A DNA stretch of 64,000 nt from Eledone cirrhosa. Taxonomy: Eukaryota. Numbering within the stretch: the first letter of the stretch is position 1; each line of letters opens with the position of its first letter. The notes under the pieces were generated by a model. That model worked only from the letters and a program-made list of their open reading frames with translations, ran no database searches and was not told where the DNA came from. The position numbers and the translations under genes were made by a program. Below are positions 12,601-27,596 of the stretch, one piece after another. The stretch lies in the NCBI GenBank assembly GCA_964016885.1, contig OZ024756.1, forward strand, positions 17,050,001 to 17,114,000, read 5' to 3'.

Positions 12601-13170
12601 GTAGACTCTGTAGTGGTAGTATTGGTGCCACAATAAGATAGACCAGTAGACTCAGTAGTGGTAGTATTGGTGTCACAATAAGATAGACCAGTAGACTCAG
12701 TAGTGGTAGTATTGGTGTCACAATAAGATAGACCAGTAGACTCAGTAGTGGTAGTATTGGTGTCACAATAAGATAGACCAGTAGACTCTGTAGTGGTAGT
12801 ATTGATGCCACAATAAGATAGACCAGTACACTCAGTAGTGGTAGTATTGGTGCCACAATAAGATAGACCAGTACACTCAGTAGTAGTAGTGCTGTTGTCG
12901 TGATAAAATACACCCACTATACTCTGTAAAGTGGTTGTGTTGATGCCATGATAAAACACACCGGTACACTCCGTAAAGTGTTAGTGCCCCCAGTACACTC
13001 TTTAAAGTGTTAGTGCCCCCAGTACACTCTTTAAAGTGGTAGTGTTGGTGCTACCATAAAATAAACCTAGTCCACCCTGTAAAGTGGTAGTATTGGTGTC
13101 ATGATAAAATACACCCAGTAAACTCTGTAAAGTGGTAGTGCTGATGCCATGATAAAATACACCTAGTACA
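9645..13170. repeat. 45-bp minisatellite (about 70 copies), degenerate right edge
   Basis: Unit GTAGTGGTAGTATTGGTGCCACAATAAGATAGACCAGTAGACTCA; diverged units 12890-13170. Confidence 0.97.
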
Positions 13171-14304
13171 CACCATATAAACTTTAACACAACTACAGTA
13201 TACAAGAAATATGGTCACATGACCAACCCATGCTACATAACATACTTGTGTATATGTATGTAAGTATCTGTGTGTATATGTATGTATGTAAATAAGCATA
13301 CAGCTGTGTGTGCATATATATGTGTGAAAGCATGCATCTGTGTATATGTATGTCAGCATGCATCTGTGCATGTATATATATGTATGTAAGCATGCATCTG
13401 TGCATGTATATATATGTATGTAAGCATGCATCTGTGTATATGTATGTCAGCATGCATGTGTGTGAATATATACATGTATGTAAGTATACATCTGTGGATG
13501 TGTAAGTATGTAAGAATGCATCTGTGTGTATATGTATGTATGTAAGCATGCATGTGTGTGTATATATACATGTATGTAAGTATACCAATGTGGATGTATA
13601 AGTATGTAAGAATGTATCTGTGTGTATATGTATGTATGTAAGCATGCATATGTGTGTATATATACATGTATGTAAGTATACATCTGTGTGTATATGTATG
13701 TATGTAAGCATGCATATGTGTGTATATATACATGTATGTAAGTATACATCTGTGTGTATATGTATGTAAACATCACTTTTCCGTGTTGACACGGGTTGGA
13801 TGAGTTTTCTGTGGCAGTGTCGTATGGTTGTATGCCCTGTCTAACACCAACCCTTTTAGTTGCATCTTATGAGATGCCAGGACATGGTGTACCTATCGTA
13901 AAACTGGGACACTACACACCAGGGCCTCTAAGAGAAATTTTGCAAGGTGGTACAAGACCTCTTTGGGGCCCGAAGCAGGCAAAGATTTTACTCAAAATGA
14001 ATGTTGCATGGTTGCTGTGGGGCCTTCTTAGCTCTTGGGCCCCGGAACAAAGGCCCTGCTTCACACACAATCCCTAAATTCAATGCACAAGTGGAACAGT
14101 GAAAATATTGAAGGCTTTTCTAAATTTTAGCATGTATCTCTCCACAGTTCTCACTGTAGAAATTCCTATAATAAGGCATTCTACTTTTGTTTGAAGATAA
14201 TAGCCCTTTCTTTATACTAGTGATTCCTAACTAACCTTTTTTTTTTTTTTTAAACCATGGCATACTTTAGGACAGATAGAAATATTTTGATACACTTTGT
14301 AACT

Positions 14305-14755
14305 TCTTTTCTTCGCCCACTTATACCTGAGAGGGTCATGGAGGCAGTCCTCAAACACTCCCTCTAGCGGGTCCTGTCAGAAGCAACTGTCTCCAACTGA
14401 TCCAGCTGGATCCCCAAGTGTGACCAGTTAAGCTCATGTATGGTATCAAACCATCTTGCTCGGGGTCTACCTTTGGGTCTCCTGCCTGTTGGTTTTGCCT
14501 GTAAAATCTGTCCAGCGATTCTTTCCTGAGACATTCTAACCACATGTCCATAGTATCGGAGCTGTGATCTCTCAATTCAGAGAATTAGCGGCTCTACCTG
14601 GAGTGACTCTGATCGCCGAGCTACAAATCTGTCCAGCGATTCTTTCCTGAGACATTCTAACCACATGTCTGTAGTATTGGAGCTGTGATCTCTCAATGCG
14701 GAGAAGTAGTGGCGCTGCCTGGAGTGACTCTGATCTCCGATTCTTTCCTGGGACA
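14305..14755 (-). mobile_element. RTE-clade LINE 3' fragment
   Basis: Homologous to 54135-54460; internal duplication; stops and frameshifts. Confidence 0.7.
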
Positions 14756-15109
14756 TTTGTAAAATTTATTCAAAGGGTGTTTATATAGATTAACGTAGCT
14801 TAAAGAAAAAATAAAGATAATGAAAAATATTGATAAATTGTCAATAAATAAAGAGCCAAGTTATCAATGACTAACATGTGCTTGGTATTTTTAGACAATG
14901 TTTTCATTCTTAATTTAGTTAGTTCCAATTTTGACTGTATTTAAAGTATATTAGGAATTGAAATTCGTATTTTCCACATTTTGAAATAGAGACTTGCTCT
15001 TTCACCACACACCAATGTCTTAAAGTGCACAACTTGGAAACCACTGTTTTATAGGATCTTTCACCATACACCAGTGTTTTAATGTGTACTGCTTGGAAAC
15101 CAGTTTTAT

Positions 15110-15365
15110 AGGATAAATGTTTGAAGAAAGAAGTCCTTTTTTATATGATAAATGTTTGGAGAAAGAAGCCCTTTTTTTATATGATAAATGTTTAGAGAAA
15201 GTGGTCCCTTCTTTATAAGATAAATATTTAGGGAAAGTGGTCCCTTCTTTATAGAATAAATGTTTAGAGAAGGTGGTCCCTTCTTTATAGGATGTTTAGA
15301 GGAAGTGGTCCCTTCTTTATAGGATAAATGTTTAGAGCAAGTGGTCCCTTCTTTATAGGATAAAT
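15110..15365. repeat. About 36-bp minisatellite
   Basis: Unit GTGGTCCCTTCTTTATAGGATAAATGTTTAGAGAAA. Confidence 0.9.
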
Positions 15366-15429
15366 TAAAAAAGAAATGACTTTGTATTTAAAGTTACATA
15401 GATATAGATTTACATGGAGTTTTGGTACT

Positions 15430-15557
15430 ATAGATGTCACCACTAGGGGTTAGGTTGGGGTCATAGATGTCACCATTAGGGGTTAGGTTGGGGTCATAGA
15501 TGTCACTATTAGGGGTTAGGTTGGGGTCATAGATGTCACCATTAGGGGTTAGGTTGT
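15430..15557. repeat. 33-bp G-rich minisatellite
   Basis: Unit CATAGATGTCACCATTAGGGGTTAGGTTGGGGT, about 4 copies. Confidence 0.9.
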
Positions 15558-16029
15558 TCAATCCATTATCATAATGTTATGGGTTTGATTCCTGAACCAA
15601 GGAGTGTATTGTGTTCTTGAGCAGGACCCTTTATTTCACATTCTTCCAGCCCACTCAGTTAAAAATAATATAAGTACCAGTAACAATAGGGGGTTAACCC
15701 CTGCAATAGACAAACCTTTGGTCCAAGGGGAAGGAGAGACTTTTCATGATAGGAATACGGTGTGTGTGTGGGGGGGACTACAATTAAAACCTCCTATGAG
15801 ATATATCCTCAAAAGTGGCCAACTAAACCTACAGAGGTGTGAGCTGAAACAACAACATGATAGGACTGGGGCCTCTATCATTAAAACACCTGAGAATCCT
15901 CATGAGATACTATCACATAGGAAGCCAGCTAAACTTACATAGGTGTGAGCTGTAACAACGACCAACCAACCAACCATCCAACTAATGAACCAACCAACCA
16001 ACCAATCAACTAATGAACCAACTTAAAAA

Positions 16030-16345
16030 CAGATATGATACAATTTTGGAACATCAACTGATGTTGTTTACCTTCACAGAGGTTTGGACAGGAAGTTGCT
16101 TAGTCTGTCATGACTGAGTCTAAAACCCAAAGTGTGTGAAGTACTCATCAGGGATTTGGTATTTGTTGATGATGCAGCATTGGCAATGAACTCAGATAAG
16201 CAACTGCAATGCTTTTGTTTAGATCACTTCAGCGTGATCACTGGTCTGAAGACCACAGTGTTGGGCCAAAATATTCAACACCTCCCAGCTATTACCACCA
16301 ATAATTGTGAGGTGAAGCTAGTCTATGAGGTCACACAGTTCCCCT
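16030..16345 (+). mobile_element. RTE-type reverse transcriptase fragment
   Basis: IRDLVFVDDAAL (FADD-like motif); degraded. Confidence 0.6.
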
Positions 16346-16555
16346 ATCATGCACAGCACACCCACCTCCCTCCACATACCCCCTTCAAAATCATGTAGAG
16401 CATGCCCCTCTTCGCTGGAGGCGCATGGCCTAGTGGTAAGGGTGTTGGGCTTATGATCATAATGTTGTGGGTTCTATTTCTGGACTGAGTTGTGTTCTTG
16501 AGCAAAACACTTCATTTCATGTTGTTCCAGTTTACTCAGCTGAAAATGAATGTCA

Positions 16556-16850
16556 GAGCCTCTACTCCAGTTGTGAATGATACTAAGACCTTTACTTCAG
16601 TTGAGAGTGGCACAGGAGCCTCTACTTCAGATGAGAGTGGCACAGGAGCCTCTACTTCAGATGAGAGTGGCACAGGAGCCTCTATTTCAGTTGTGAGTGA
16701 TACTAGGACCTTTACTTCAGATGAGTGGCACAGGAGCCTCTACTTCAGTTGTGAGTGATACTAGGACCTCTACTACTTCAGTTGTGAGTGACACTAGGAC
16801 CTCTACTCCAATTGACTGACACTGGGACCACCTCTACTCCAGATGAGAGT
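16556..16850. repeat. 30-bp minisatellite following a SINE head (16417-16550)
   Basis: Unit GGAGCCTCTACTTCAGATGAGAGTGGCACA. Confidence 0.85.
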
Positions 16851-18036
16851 GACATCCAAATACCTTTCACCTTCACGACAATGCTGTAAGTGCATGGCTT
16901 AGTGGTTAGAGTGTTCGGCTCACTTCATTTCACATCGATCTACTCAACTAAACTTGCAAAATTTAGTTATACCTGTAATTCAAAGAGTCAGCTGAAGCTC
17001 ACTGAGAACTATGTTATGGGTACACGTGTCTGTAGAATGCTCAGCCACTTAAACACGTTAATTTAATGAGCGGGTTGTTCAGTTGACTGAATTAGCTGGA
17101 TCACTCGTCGTGATAAGCGACGGAGGTCCGACACACTCCAGACGCCTACGTACCTAACCTGGAATAAACAAAGAACAAGTTGTACAGCCTTGTTATATAT
17201 AGTGACACTGAATCTTCCTGAGACCTGTTAACCCTTTAACATTTACATTACTCTATATTTACTATTGTATATTCACGGTTATCACTTTATCTCACATAAT
17301 ATAGTCTATAATAAGTCTATGAGATTTTAATATTATTTATTTTGAAAACAATACCTTAACCCTTTAACATTTACATTATATATACTATTGTATTTTCACA
17401 GTAAAGGCTTTACCTCACATAATATCGAATCTGAGATTTTGACATTATTTATTTTGAGAACAATACCTTAGGGGTACACGTCTCTCTATAGAAAACAGTC
17501 TGTTTCGTTGATCGGTAAAATGGAACACTCAAGATTTCCTTATAAAATAAATCTACACACTAAATATATGTATTGAGTGCTCATTCAGTTAATGTGTGTT
17601 TTAAACTCTGATCATAAATAAAACACGCCCATAAATATATATCTATATATATATGTGTGCAAGAATTTGGTATTGTTCTCTCTAGCATTTAATTTATATA
17701 TATATTTGTGTGTGTAAATATATATATTTATATTTATACACACACATATAGATATAGATATATATATACATATATATATGTGAGTGTGTGATTTTATGTT
17801 TGTGTGTATGTATGTATATATATTTATATATATAGTGAACGAAAAGAAAAAAAATCTGGGTGGGATAGTATAAAATATATGTGAGTGAGAGAGAGTGTGT
17901 ATGTGTGAGTGTGAGAGAGAGAGAGAAAGAGAGAGAGGTAAACAGTGGCAACAAATGTTGTTCTGGTGAAGGAGACACGGAATAACATAGTTGATAGTTG
18001 TGGAATGAATTTGTGTAATGATTGAAAGAGAGAGAG

Positions 18037-18078
<42 letters not shown>

Positions 18079-18105
18079 AGAGAGAGAGAGAAGATATATA
18101 GGAGA

Positions 18106-18139
<34 letters not shown>

Positions 18140-18806
18140 GAAGAGAGAGAGAGGGTATATTATATATATATAGGGAGGGTGGAGTTATACAGGAGAGTTA
18201 TATATATAAATAGAGAGAGAGAGAGAGAAGAAAGAGAGGGTGAAGATATAGGACAGAGAGAGAACGTGGAGATATAACGTGGAGATAGAAAGGGGAAGAT
18301 ATATAGAAGAGAGGGGGAAGAAATGGAAGAGAGAGAGAGAGAGAGAGGGGGAAGAAATGGAAGAGAGAGAGAGAGGGGGAAGATATGGAAGAGAGAGAGA
18401 GAGGGTGGACATAAAGAGAAAAGAGAAAGAGAGATAGTAGAATGTATGTATGTGTGTGTATGTGTATGGCCTGTTTAACATAATAGAACGATAAAGTACA
18501 TGTATGTCTCACAGCACCAGATAGCTGCTGCACTGATGAAACCATTCGCACACATACATATATATATTATATATATATATAGAACAAACTACACCGCTGA
18601 GCTGCTAACCCAGCTAACAGCAGCAGCAACAGCAGCAGTAAATGGCGGCTGTGTTTCATGCACTTTACTGCTGGCTTATACAATATATATTACACATATA
18701 CACACGCAATGACATATTTCTGCTAAGAATCTCTCTATCCCCCCCCCCCTCTCTTCACACACACACACATATATATATATACACACACACATATATATAT
18801 ATATAT

Positions 18807-18840
<34 letters not shown>

Positions 18841-18845
<5 letters not shown>

Positions 18846-19136
18846 CATATACATCATATATATATATATAGATGGACACGCATTTACATTTATATATGTA
18901 ATATATATATACAAGCATATATATATATATATATACATTCACACTTGTATATAATATATAGAGACTGATTATGTATATATCATATATATACATATATATG
19001 ATATATACATAATCAGTCTCTATATATTATATACAAGTGTGAATGTATATATATATATATATATGCTTGTATATATATTGCATATATAAATGTAAATGCG
19101 TGTCCATCTATATATATATATGATGTATATGTAATA
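18841..19136. repeat. Near-perfect AT-rich palindrome
   Basis: Arms of about 148 bp centred at 18990-18991 (GATGGACACGCATTTAC / GTAAATGCGTGTCCATC; GAGACTGATTATG / CATAATCAGTCTC). Confidence 0.9.
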
Positions 19137-19209
19137 TATATATATACATAAAAACATATACATAATATATATATATATGCAGAAGTTATATAATATATAT
19201 ATATATATA

Positions 19210-19365
19210 ATATATATATATGTAGAAGTTATATTTAATTTGTTGGGATACAACAAGGAAATACTTTTATAACTGATATAAAGCACTCAACAAATTTTTG
19301 GAGTAAAAATACAATATATTAAATGGTTTTATAAATATAGTTTCCATCTGTTAATATATTGTATT
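19210..19365 (-). mobile_element. Penelope-like terminus, same family as 30117-30476
   Basis: Homologous tail; short arms 19308-19322/19351-19365; (TA)n flanks. Confidence 0.6.
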
Positions 19366-19383
19366 ATATATATATATAGTGAA

Positions 19384-19416
<33 letters not shown>

Positions 19417-20363
19417 GCATACATACATACATAAATAAATATATACATATAATTATATACGTAAATAAAGAAACCATATACACACAAACAAATACCTACA
19501 TACTAATATATATACACAGGTGTTGAAATACATACATACATACATACATACGCACACGTAGAGCAATTGAAAATAAAGTAATGGTATGGTGAGGGTTAAA
19601 CTGCAGCGAAAGTAGGTCAGTATGGTGGCTGGGAAGTAGGATAATCTCCCTTCCTCTTACCTCTCTCTTGTGATATACATACACTAGAGAGAGGGGCAGG
19701 AACAGGCAAGGAAGAGGAAATAGAGTAAAGAGAGTAAGATATAGATAGATTAATAGAATTGAATAATAGAATTGAATGATAGATAGATAGATTGATGTGT
19801 GTGAGGAAGAGAGAGAGAGAGAGAGAGAGAGTGTGAATGGGGTAATAGCAACTTATGAATATTATGGTACCAACTAAAGAGAGAGACAAAGCGGGAGGGG
19901 GGGAGTGAGAGAGAGAGAGAATGAGACACAGAGAGAGAGTGAGAGAGAGAGAGAGGATGATTGGAGTAATAGAAAAAGTACCTACGAGAGAGAGAGAGAG
20001 AGAGGGGGGGAGGTTGGAGAAGAAACTTATGAATATTAAGGTAGCAACTAGAGAGAAAGAGAGAGGAGAGAGAGAGGAGAGAGAGAGGTAGAGAGAGAAA
20101 GAGTGAATGAAAGAGAGAGGAGAGAGAGAAAGAGTGAATGAAAGAGAGAGAAAGAGTGAATGAAAGAAGAGAGAGAAAGAGTGAATGAAAGAAGAGTTGG
20201 AGAGAGAGACAGTGAATAAAAGGAGAGAGAGACAGTGAATAAAAGGAGAGAGAGAGAGAGAGAGACAGTGAATAAAAGGAGGGAGAGAGAGAGAGTGAAG
20301 GGGAAATAAATAGTAGTAAAGTGAGTCAATTGTTGGTGAGGTTTGGAATGGGTTAAACATAAC

Positions 20364-21969
20364 TGTTGTTCTTATTGTTGTTGTGGTGGTGGTGGTGGTA
20401 GTAGTGGTGGTGGTGGTGGTAGTGGTGGTTATAGTGGTAGTGGTGGTGGTTTTAGTGGTAGTGGTGGTTGTAGTGGTGGTGGTGGTGGTTGCAGTGGTAG
20501 TGGTGGTTGTAGTGGTGCTGATTATAGTGGTGGTGGTTGTAGTGGTGGTGGTGGTGGTGGTTGTAGGGGTGGTGGTGGTTGTAGGGGTGGTGGTGGTTGT
20601 AGGGGTGGTGGTGATGGTTGTAGTGGTGGTAGTCGTCGTAGTGGTGGTGGTGGTGGTGGTGGTGGTTGTAGTGGTGGTGGTAGTGGTGGTGGTTGTAATG
20701 GTGGGAGTGGTTGTAGTGGTGGTGGTGGTGGTGGTGGTTGTAGTGGTGGTGGTAGTGGTGGTGGTTGTAGTGGTGGGAGTGGTTGTAGTGGTGGTGGTGG
20801 TGGTGGTGGTTGTAGTGGTGGTGGTAGTGGTGGTGGTTGTAGTGGTGGGAGTGGTTGTAGTGGTGGGAGTGCGGTTGTAGTGGTGGTGGTGGTTGTTGTG
20901 GTGGTGTAGTAGTGGTGGTTGGTGAGGCATGGAATGGGTTAAACATAACTGTTATTATTGTAGTAATAGTAGTAGTAGTGGTGTTGGTTGTAGGGGTAGT
21001 GGTAATGGTGGGGGTGGGTTTAGTGGGGGTTTGTGATGGGGTGGTAGTGGTGGTAGTTGTTGTAGAGGCGGTGGTTGTAGTGGTGGTAGTGGGAGGGGAG
21101 GGGGGGGGTTGTAGTGGTGGTGGTGGTTGTAGTTGTGGTGGTGGTGGTTGTTGTAGTAGTGGTGGTGGTGGCGGTTGTAGTGGTGGTGGTGGTGGGGGTT
21201 GTAGTTGTGGTGGTGGTTGTTGTAGAAGTGGTGGTTGTAGTGGTGGTGGTGGCGGTTGTAGTGGTGGTGGTGGTGGGGGTTGTAGTTGTGGTGGTTGTGG
21301 TGGTGGTTGTAGAAGTGGTGGTTGTAGTGGTGGTGGTGGTTGTTGTAGAAGTGGTGGTTGTAGTGGTGGTAGTGGTGGTGGTGGGCGATGTAGTGGTGGT
21401 AGTGGTGGTGGTGTGGGTTGTAGTTGTGGTGGTTATTGTGGTGGTGGTGGTTGTAGAAGTGATGGTTGTAGTGGTGGTGGTGGTGGTGGTGGTGGTTGTA
21501 GTGGTGGTGGTTGTAGTGGGGTGGTAGTGGTGATGGTTGTAGTTGTAGTGGTGGTGGTAGTGGTTATAGCTGTGGTGGTGGTGGTGGTTGTAGTTATTGT
21601 AGTTGTCCTAGTTCTGGTGGTGGTAGTTATTGTTTCAGTGGTTGCTGTGATAGTAGTAGTAGTAGTGGTAGTGGTGGTGGTGGTGGTGGTGGTGGTGGTG
21701 GGTGTATTGAAATCCAATGAGAGAAGTTCAGTAAATAATACAAAACACTATTGTTTGAATAATCAACTATCATCATCACCATCAACACCATCATCACCAT
21801 AAACATCATCAACACCATCATCACCATAAACATCATCATCATCATAAACATCATCATCAACATCAACATAAACACCATCATCACCATAAACATCATCACC
21901 ACCATCATCATAAACATCATGAATATGATCATCATCACCATCAACATAGACATCACCATCATTATCAAA

Positions 21970-22029
<60 letters not shown>

Positions 22030-25000
22030 AAACATCACCATCATCACCATCAACATCACTAACATCACTATCATCACCAACATCAACATCATCTTCACCA
22101 CCACCACCACCACCACCACTATCATTACAACCACCAATACCATCATCATCAACCATCATCTCTACCACCAACACCAAAATCAATATCATTCATAGCATCA
22201 CCACCATTACCAACATCATCATCACCAATATCACCATCACCAACTTCACCACCAACTTCACCATCACCATTACCAACATCATCATCACCAACATCATCAT
22301 CACCACCATCACCATTACCAACAATACCATTACCATCACCAACATCACCACCACCACCACTACCGCCATCACCATCACCACCAACAACGCCATCACCAAC
22401 ATCATCACCACCATCACCATTACCAACAATACCATTACCATCACCAACATCACCACCACCACCGCCATCACCAACAACACCACCACCATCGCCACCAACA
22501 ACGCCATCACCAACATCATCAACACCACCACCAACTTCACCACCACCACCATCACCAACTTCACCATCACCAACAACACCACCACCATCACCAACTTCAC
22601 CATCACCAACAACACCATCACCACCACCATCACCAACAACACCACCACCATCACCACCAACTTCACCATCACCAACAACACCATCACCACCACCATCACC
22701 AACAACACCACCAACAACACCATCACCAACATCACCACCACCATCACCAACATCACCAACATCACCAATAACACCACCAATAACACCATCACCACCAACA
22801 ACACCACCACCATCACCACCACCATCACCACCAACAACACCACCACCATCACCACCATCACCACCAACAACATCACCACCACCATCACCAACATCACCAC
22901 CATCACCACCACCACCATCACCACCATCACCAACAACACCACCACCATCACCAACAACACCACTACCATCACCACCATAACCATCACCAACAACACCATC
23001 ACTAACTTCAGCATCAGTGTCACCAACACCAACACTACCACCAACACCAACACTACCATCATCACTATCACCACCACCACCAACAACAACACTGTCACCA
23101 CCAACAACAACACTGTCACCACCAACACTACCACCACCACCACCAACAACAACACTGTCACCACCAACGCTATCAACACTACCACCACCACCAATGACAA
23201 CATTGTCACCACCGCCACCACTACCACCACCACCACCAACAGTCATCACCACCACCAACAACAGTCATCACCACCACCACCACCACCAACAACAACACTA
23301 TCAACACTACCACCACCACCAACAACACTGTCACCACCACCACCACTACCACCACCACCAACAGTGTCACCACCGCCACCACCAACAACAACACTATCAA
23401 CACTACCACCACCACCAACGACAACAGCACCACCACCAACACCAACAACACCACCGCCAACACTATCAACACTACCACCACCACCAACGACAACAGCACC
23501 ACCACCAACAACACTATCAACACCACCAACAACACCAACAACAACACTATCAACACCACCAACACCAACACTATCAACACCACCACCAACAACACTATCA
23601 ACACCACCAACAACAACACTATCAACACCACCAACAACACCAACCACAACACTATCAACACCACCAACAACACCAACCACAACACTATCAACACCACCAA
23701 CAACACCAACCACAACATTATCAACACCACCACCAACATCCCTAACAACAACACCAACAACAACACTATCAACACCACCAACAACACCAACCACAACACT
23801 ATCAACACCACCAACAACACCAACAACAACACTATCAACACCACCAACAACACCAACAACAACACTATCAACACCACCAACAACACCAACAACAACACTA
23901 TCAACACCACCAACAACACCAACAACAACACTATCAACACCACCAACAACACCAACAACAACACTATCAACACCACCAACAACACCAACAACAACACTAT
24001 CAACACCACCAACAACACCAACCACAACACTATCAACACCACCAACAACACCAACCACAACACTATCAACACCACCAACAACACCAACCACAACACTATC
24101 AACACCACCACCAACAACACTATCAACACCACCAACAACACCAACCACAACACTATCAACACCACCAACAACAACACCAACCACAACACTATCAACACCA
24201 CCACCAACAACACCAACAACACCACCACCAACAACACTACCAACCACATCAACAACAACACTATCAACACTATCAACACCACCACCAACAACGCTATCAA
24301 CACCACCACCAACAACACTATCAACACCACCAACAACAACACTATCAACACCAACAACAACAACACTAACAACAACACTATCAACACCAACAACACTAAC
24401 AACAACACTATCAACACCACCACCAACACCACCAACAACAACACTAATAACAACACTATCAACACTAACAACAACACTATCAACACCAACAACACTAACA
24501 ACAACACTATCAACACCACCACCAACACCACCAACAACAACACTAATAACAACACTATCAACACTAACAACAACACTATCAACACCAACAACACTAACAA
24601 CAACACTATCAACACCAACAACACTAACAACAACACTATCAACACTGACACCAACAACACTATCAACACCACCACCAACACCACCAACAACAACACTAAC
24701 AACAACACTATCAACACCAACAACAACACTATCAACACCACCACCAACACCACCAACAACAACACTAATAACAACACTATCAACACCAACAACAACACTA
24801 TCAACACCAACAACACTAACAACAACACTATCAACACTGACACCAACAACAGCCACCACCACCACCAACGACAACGGCACTATCATCATCACCACCACTA
24901 CCACCATCTACCTCATCGCTAACACCACCACCACCACCATCATCAACAACAATGCCGTCACTACAAACACCATCATCACCACTAACAACACCAGCACTAT

Positions 25001-25091
25001 CAGCAGCAACAACAATACCGCCACTATCATCATTACCACCAGCACCACCACTATCGTCACCAACAACAACACTATCACTACCAACACCACC

Positions 25092-25123
<32 letters not shown>

Positions 25124-26310
25124 CGTCGTCCCTACCAACACCACCAACAATGCCATCACTACCAACATCATCATCATCATCACCATCATCACCAACGTCA
25201 CCATCACTACCAACATCACCATCATCACCAACAACATCATCATCACTACCAACACTAACACCACCATCAACACCAGCAATACAACCACTATCAGCACCAT
25301 CACCACCATGACCAACAATACCATCACTACCAACATCACCATCATCACCAACGTCACCATCACTACCAACGCCACCATCACTACCAACAACAGCACTAAC
25401 ACTACCACCACCACTACCATCACAAACAACACCACCACTACCACCAACAACAACAACAACATCATCATCACTACCAACACCACCATCACCACCATCACCA
25501 ACAATACAATACCATCACTACCAACAACAGCACTATCACTACCATCACCACTACCATCACAAACAACATCACTACCACCAACAACATCACCACCACCACC
25601 ATCACCACCACCACCACCACCATCACCAACAATACCACCACTACCAACACCACCATCACCACCATCACCAACAATACCATCACTACCAACAACATCACTA
25701 CCAACACCACCATCACCACCATGACTACCAACATCAACACTATCACTACCACCACCACTACCATCACAAACAACATCACTACCACCACCAACAGCAACAA
25801 CAACAACATCATCATCACTACCAACACCACCATCACCACCATCACCAACAATACCATCACTACCAACAACAGCACTAACACTACCACCACTACTACTACC
25901 ACCACCACCACCACCAACAACATCACTACCAACACCACCATCACCACCATGACTACCAACATCAACACTATCACTACCACCACCACTACCATCACAAACA
26001 ACATCACTACCACCACCAACAGCAACAACAACAACAACAACATCATCATCACTACCAACACCACCATCACTACCAACAACAACACTATCACTACCACCAC
26101 CACTACCATCACAAACAACATCACTACCACCACCAACAGCAACAACAACAACAACAACAACATCATCATCACTACCAACACCACCATCACCACCATGACC
26201 AACAATACCATCACTACCAACAACAACACTATCACTACCACCACCACTACCATCACAAACAACATCACTACCAACACCAACACCACCTACACCTTCACCT
26301 CCACCGCCGC
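20364..26310. repeat. Compound trinucleotide region: (GGT)n-rich to about 21705, (ACC/ATC/AAC)n-rich from about 21765
   Basis: Direct reading; all ORFs here are low-complexity translations. Confidence 0.95.
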
Positions 26311-26757
26311 CACATCCAAGAGAGCCCTGTGATGTCGTTAGACCTGTTAGAAATAGCAATCAAATTCACCTGAAGCCGCACTTAATCAAAAGTAAATGAA
26401 TGAAGAACACGTGGAATAATATAGACGTAGATATAAAACATCTGAGTAAAAGACGGGACTGTCACGGATGGATCACTTGGATCAGGGGTACGCTTGATTA
26501 GAGCCGGCCTCTTGATTCAACGTTATATATGCAGTATACACACATGCAAACACACGCACAAATATACACGTATATGTGTGATATACGTGCGTGTGATGTG
26601 TGCGGTGTATCTGTGCATCTGTGTGTGTGTGTGTGTGTGAGAGAGAGCGCGCGTGCGTTATGATTCATTTCATAAGGAAAATATACAATGTTTATTCCTT
26701 CTAAAGTACAAATGGTACGCATCTATGTTGGTTTATATGTGAGAGAGTGTGTGTGTT

Positions 26758-26817
<60 letters not shown>

Positions 26818-27076
26818 CACACACATTTATGTGTGTGTGTATGTTAAGTAATAACTTCAAACACTTTTCAGGTAGGTTCATTTCAGAGATATTATGCGAT
26901 AGTTTCGAGTTAAGTATGGAAAAAAACTTCCAAATAACAACAAACGAATGAATTTGTTTAAATCTTTAGCGTGCAAAAATAAAACATAAAAAAACCCCAT
27001 TAAATTACTTTTACTGCAATGGATTAAGTTGGTGACGAAAATTTTAAGGACCATGATCTTTTAGTGGGTACTGAGA

Positions 27077-27132
<56 letters not shown>

Positions 27133-27596
27133 CTTCCGCCCCAGAAAACTTACGGACGTTCAGATCATATCCGAATATTTCCACATTTTTTCCTCGCAGG
27201 AAGCAAGAGTTATGGATTTCGTTGGAAACAACACAAAATAACAACAACAAAAGGAAACAAAAATTATGGAACTACTTCTAAAACCTTTAAAACAGAAAAA
27301 AAATTGTGTTTTCTTTCATTTTATCTATTTGTGTATTTATTTCGAAGAGGAATTCGTGGGCGGCTATTCTGGAGATAAATAGATGTTAGGTCCTCGTTTG
27401 CAGAGAAGAAGAGAGGAGAGCAAAGAAGAGAAGAAGGGAGAAAGTGCGCAATAAACGAAGCATTTGTAAAGTTGGGTAGAAGTTGAAGTTTGAAGTGAAA
27501 TGGAAGGGATGAGAGGAACGAAATGAAATGGAGACTCAAGAGTTATTTCAAGATTTTTAGAAGAGTAACAAGGGGGAAAATAAATTTTTCACCTAC

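Noticed and set aside
11391-12959. 522-aa ORF
   Set aside because: Translation of a 45-bp minisatellite; 46-bp variant units shift the frame freely
17555-17640. Further bulged-hairpin candidate (CACT..TGTA-TT-GAGTG) before a TA tract
   Set aside because: 5' half too degenerate to count, though it may be another PLE tail
18525-18555. CTGATGA motif
   Set aside because: No separate downstream GAAA or stems
19617-26359. Mucin-like, Gly-rich and Val-rich ORFs of 300-786 aa
   Set aside because: Multiple frames open on both strands, as expected for (GGT/ACC)n DNA; no unique domains or splice evidence
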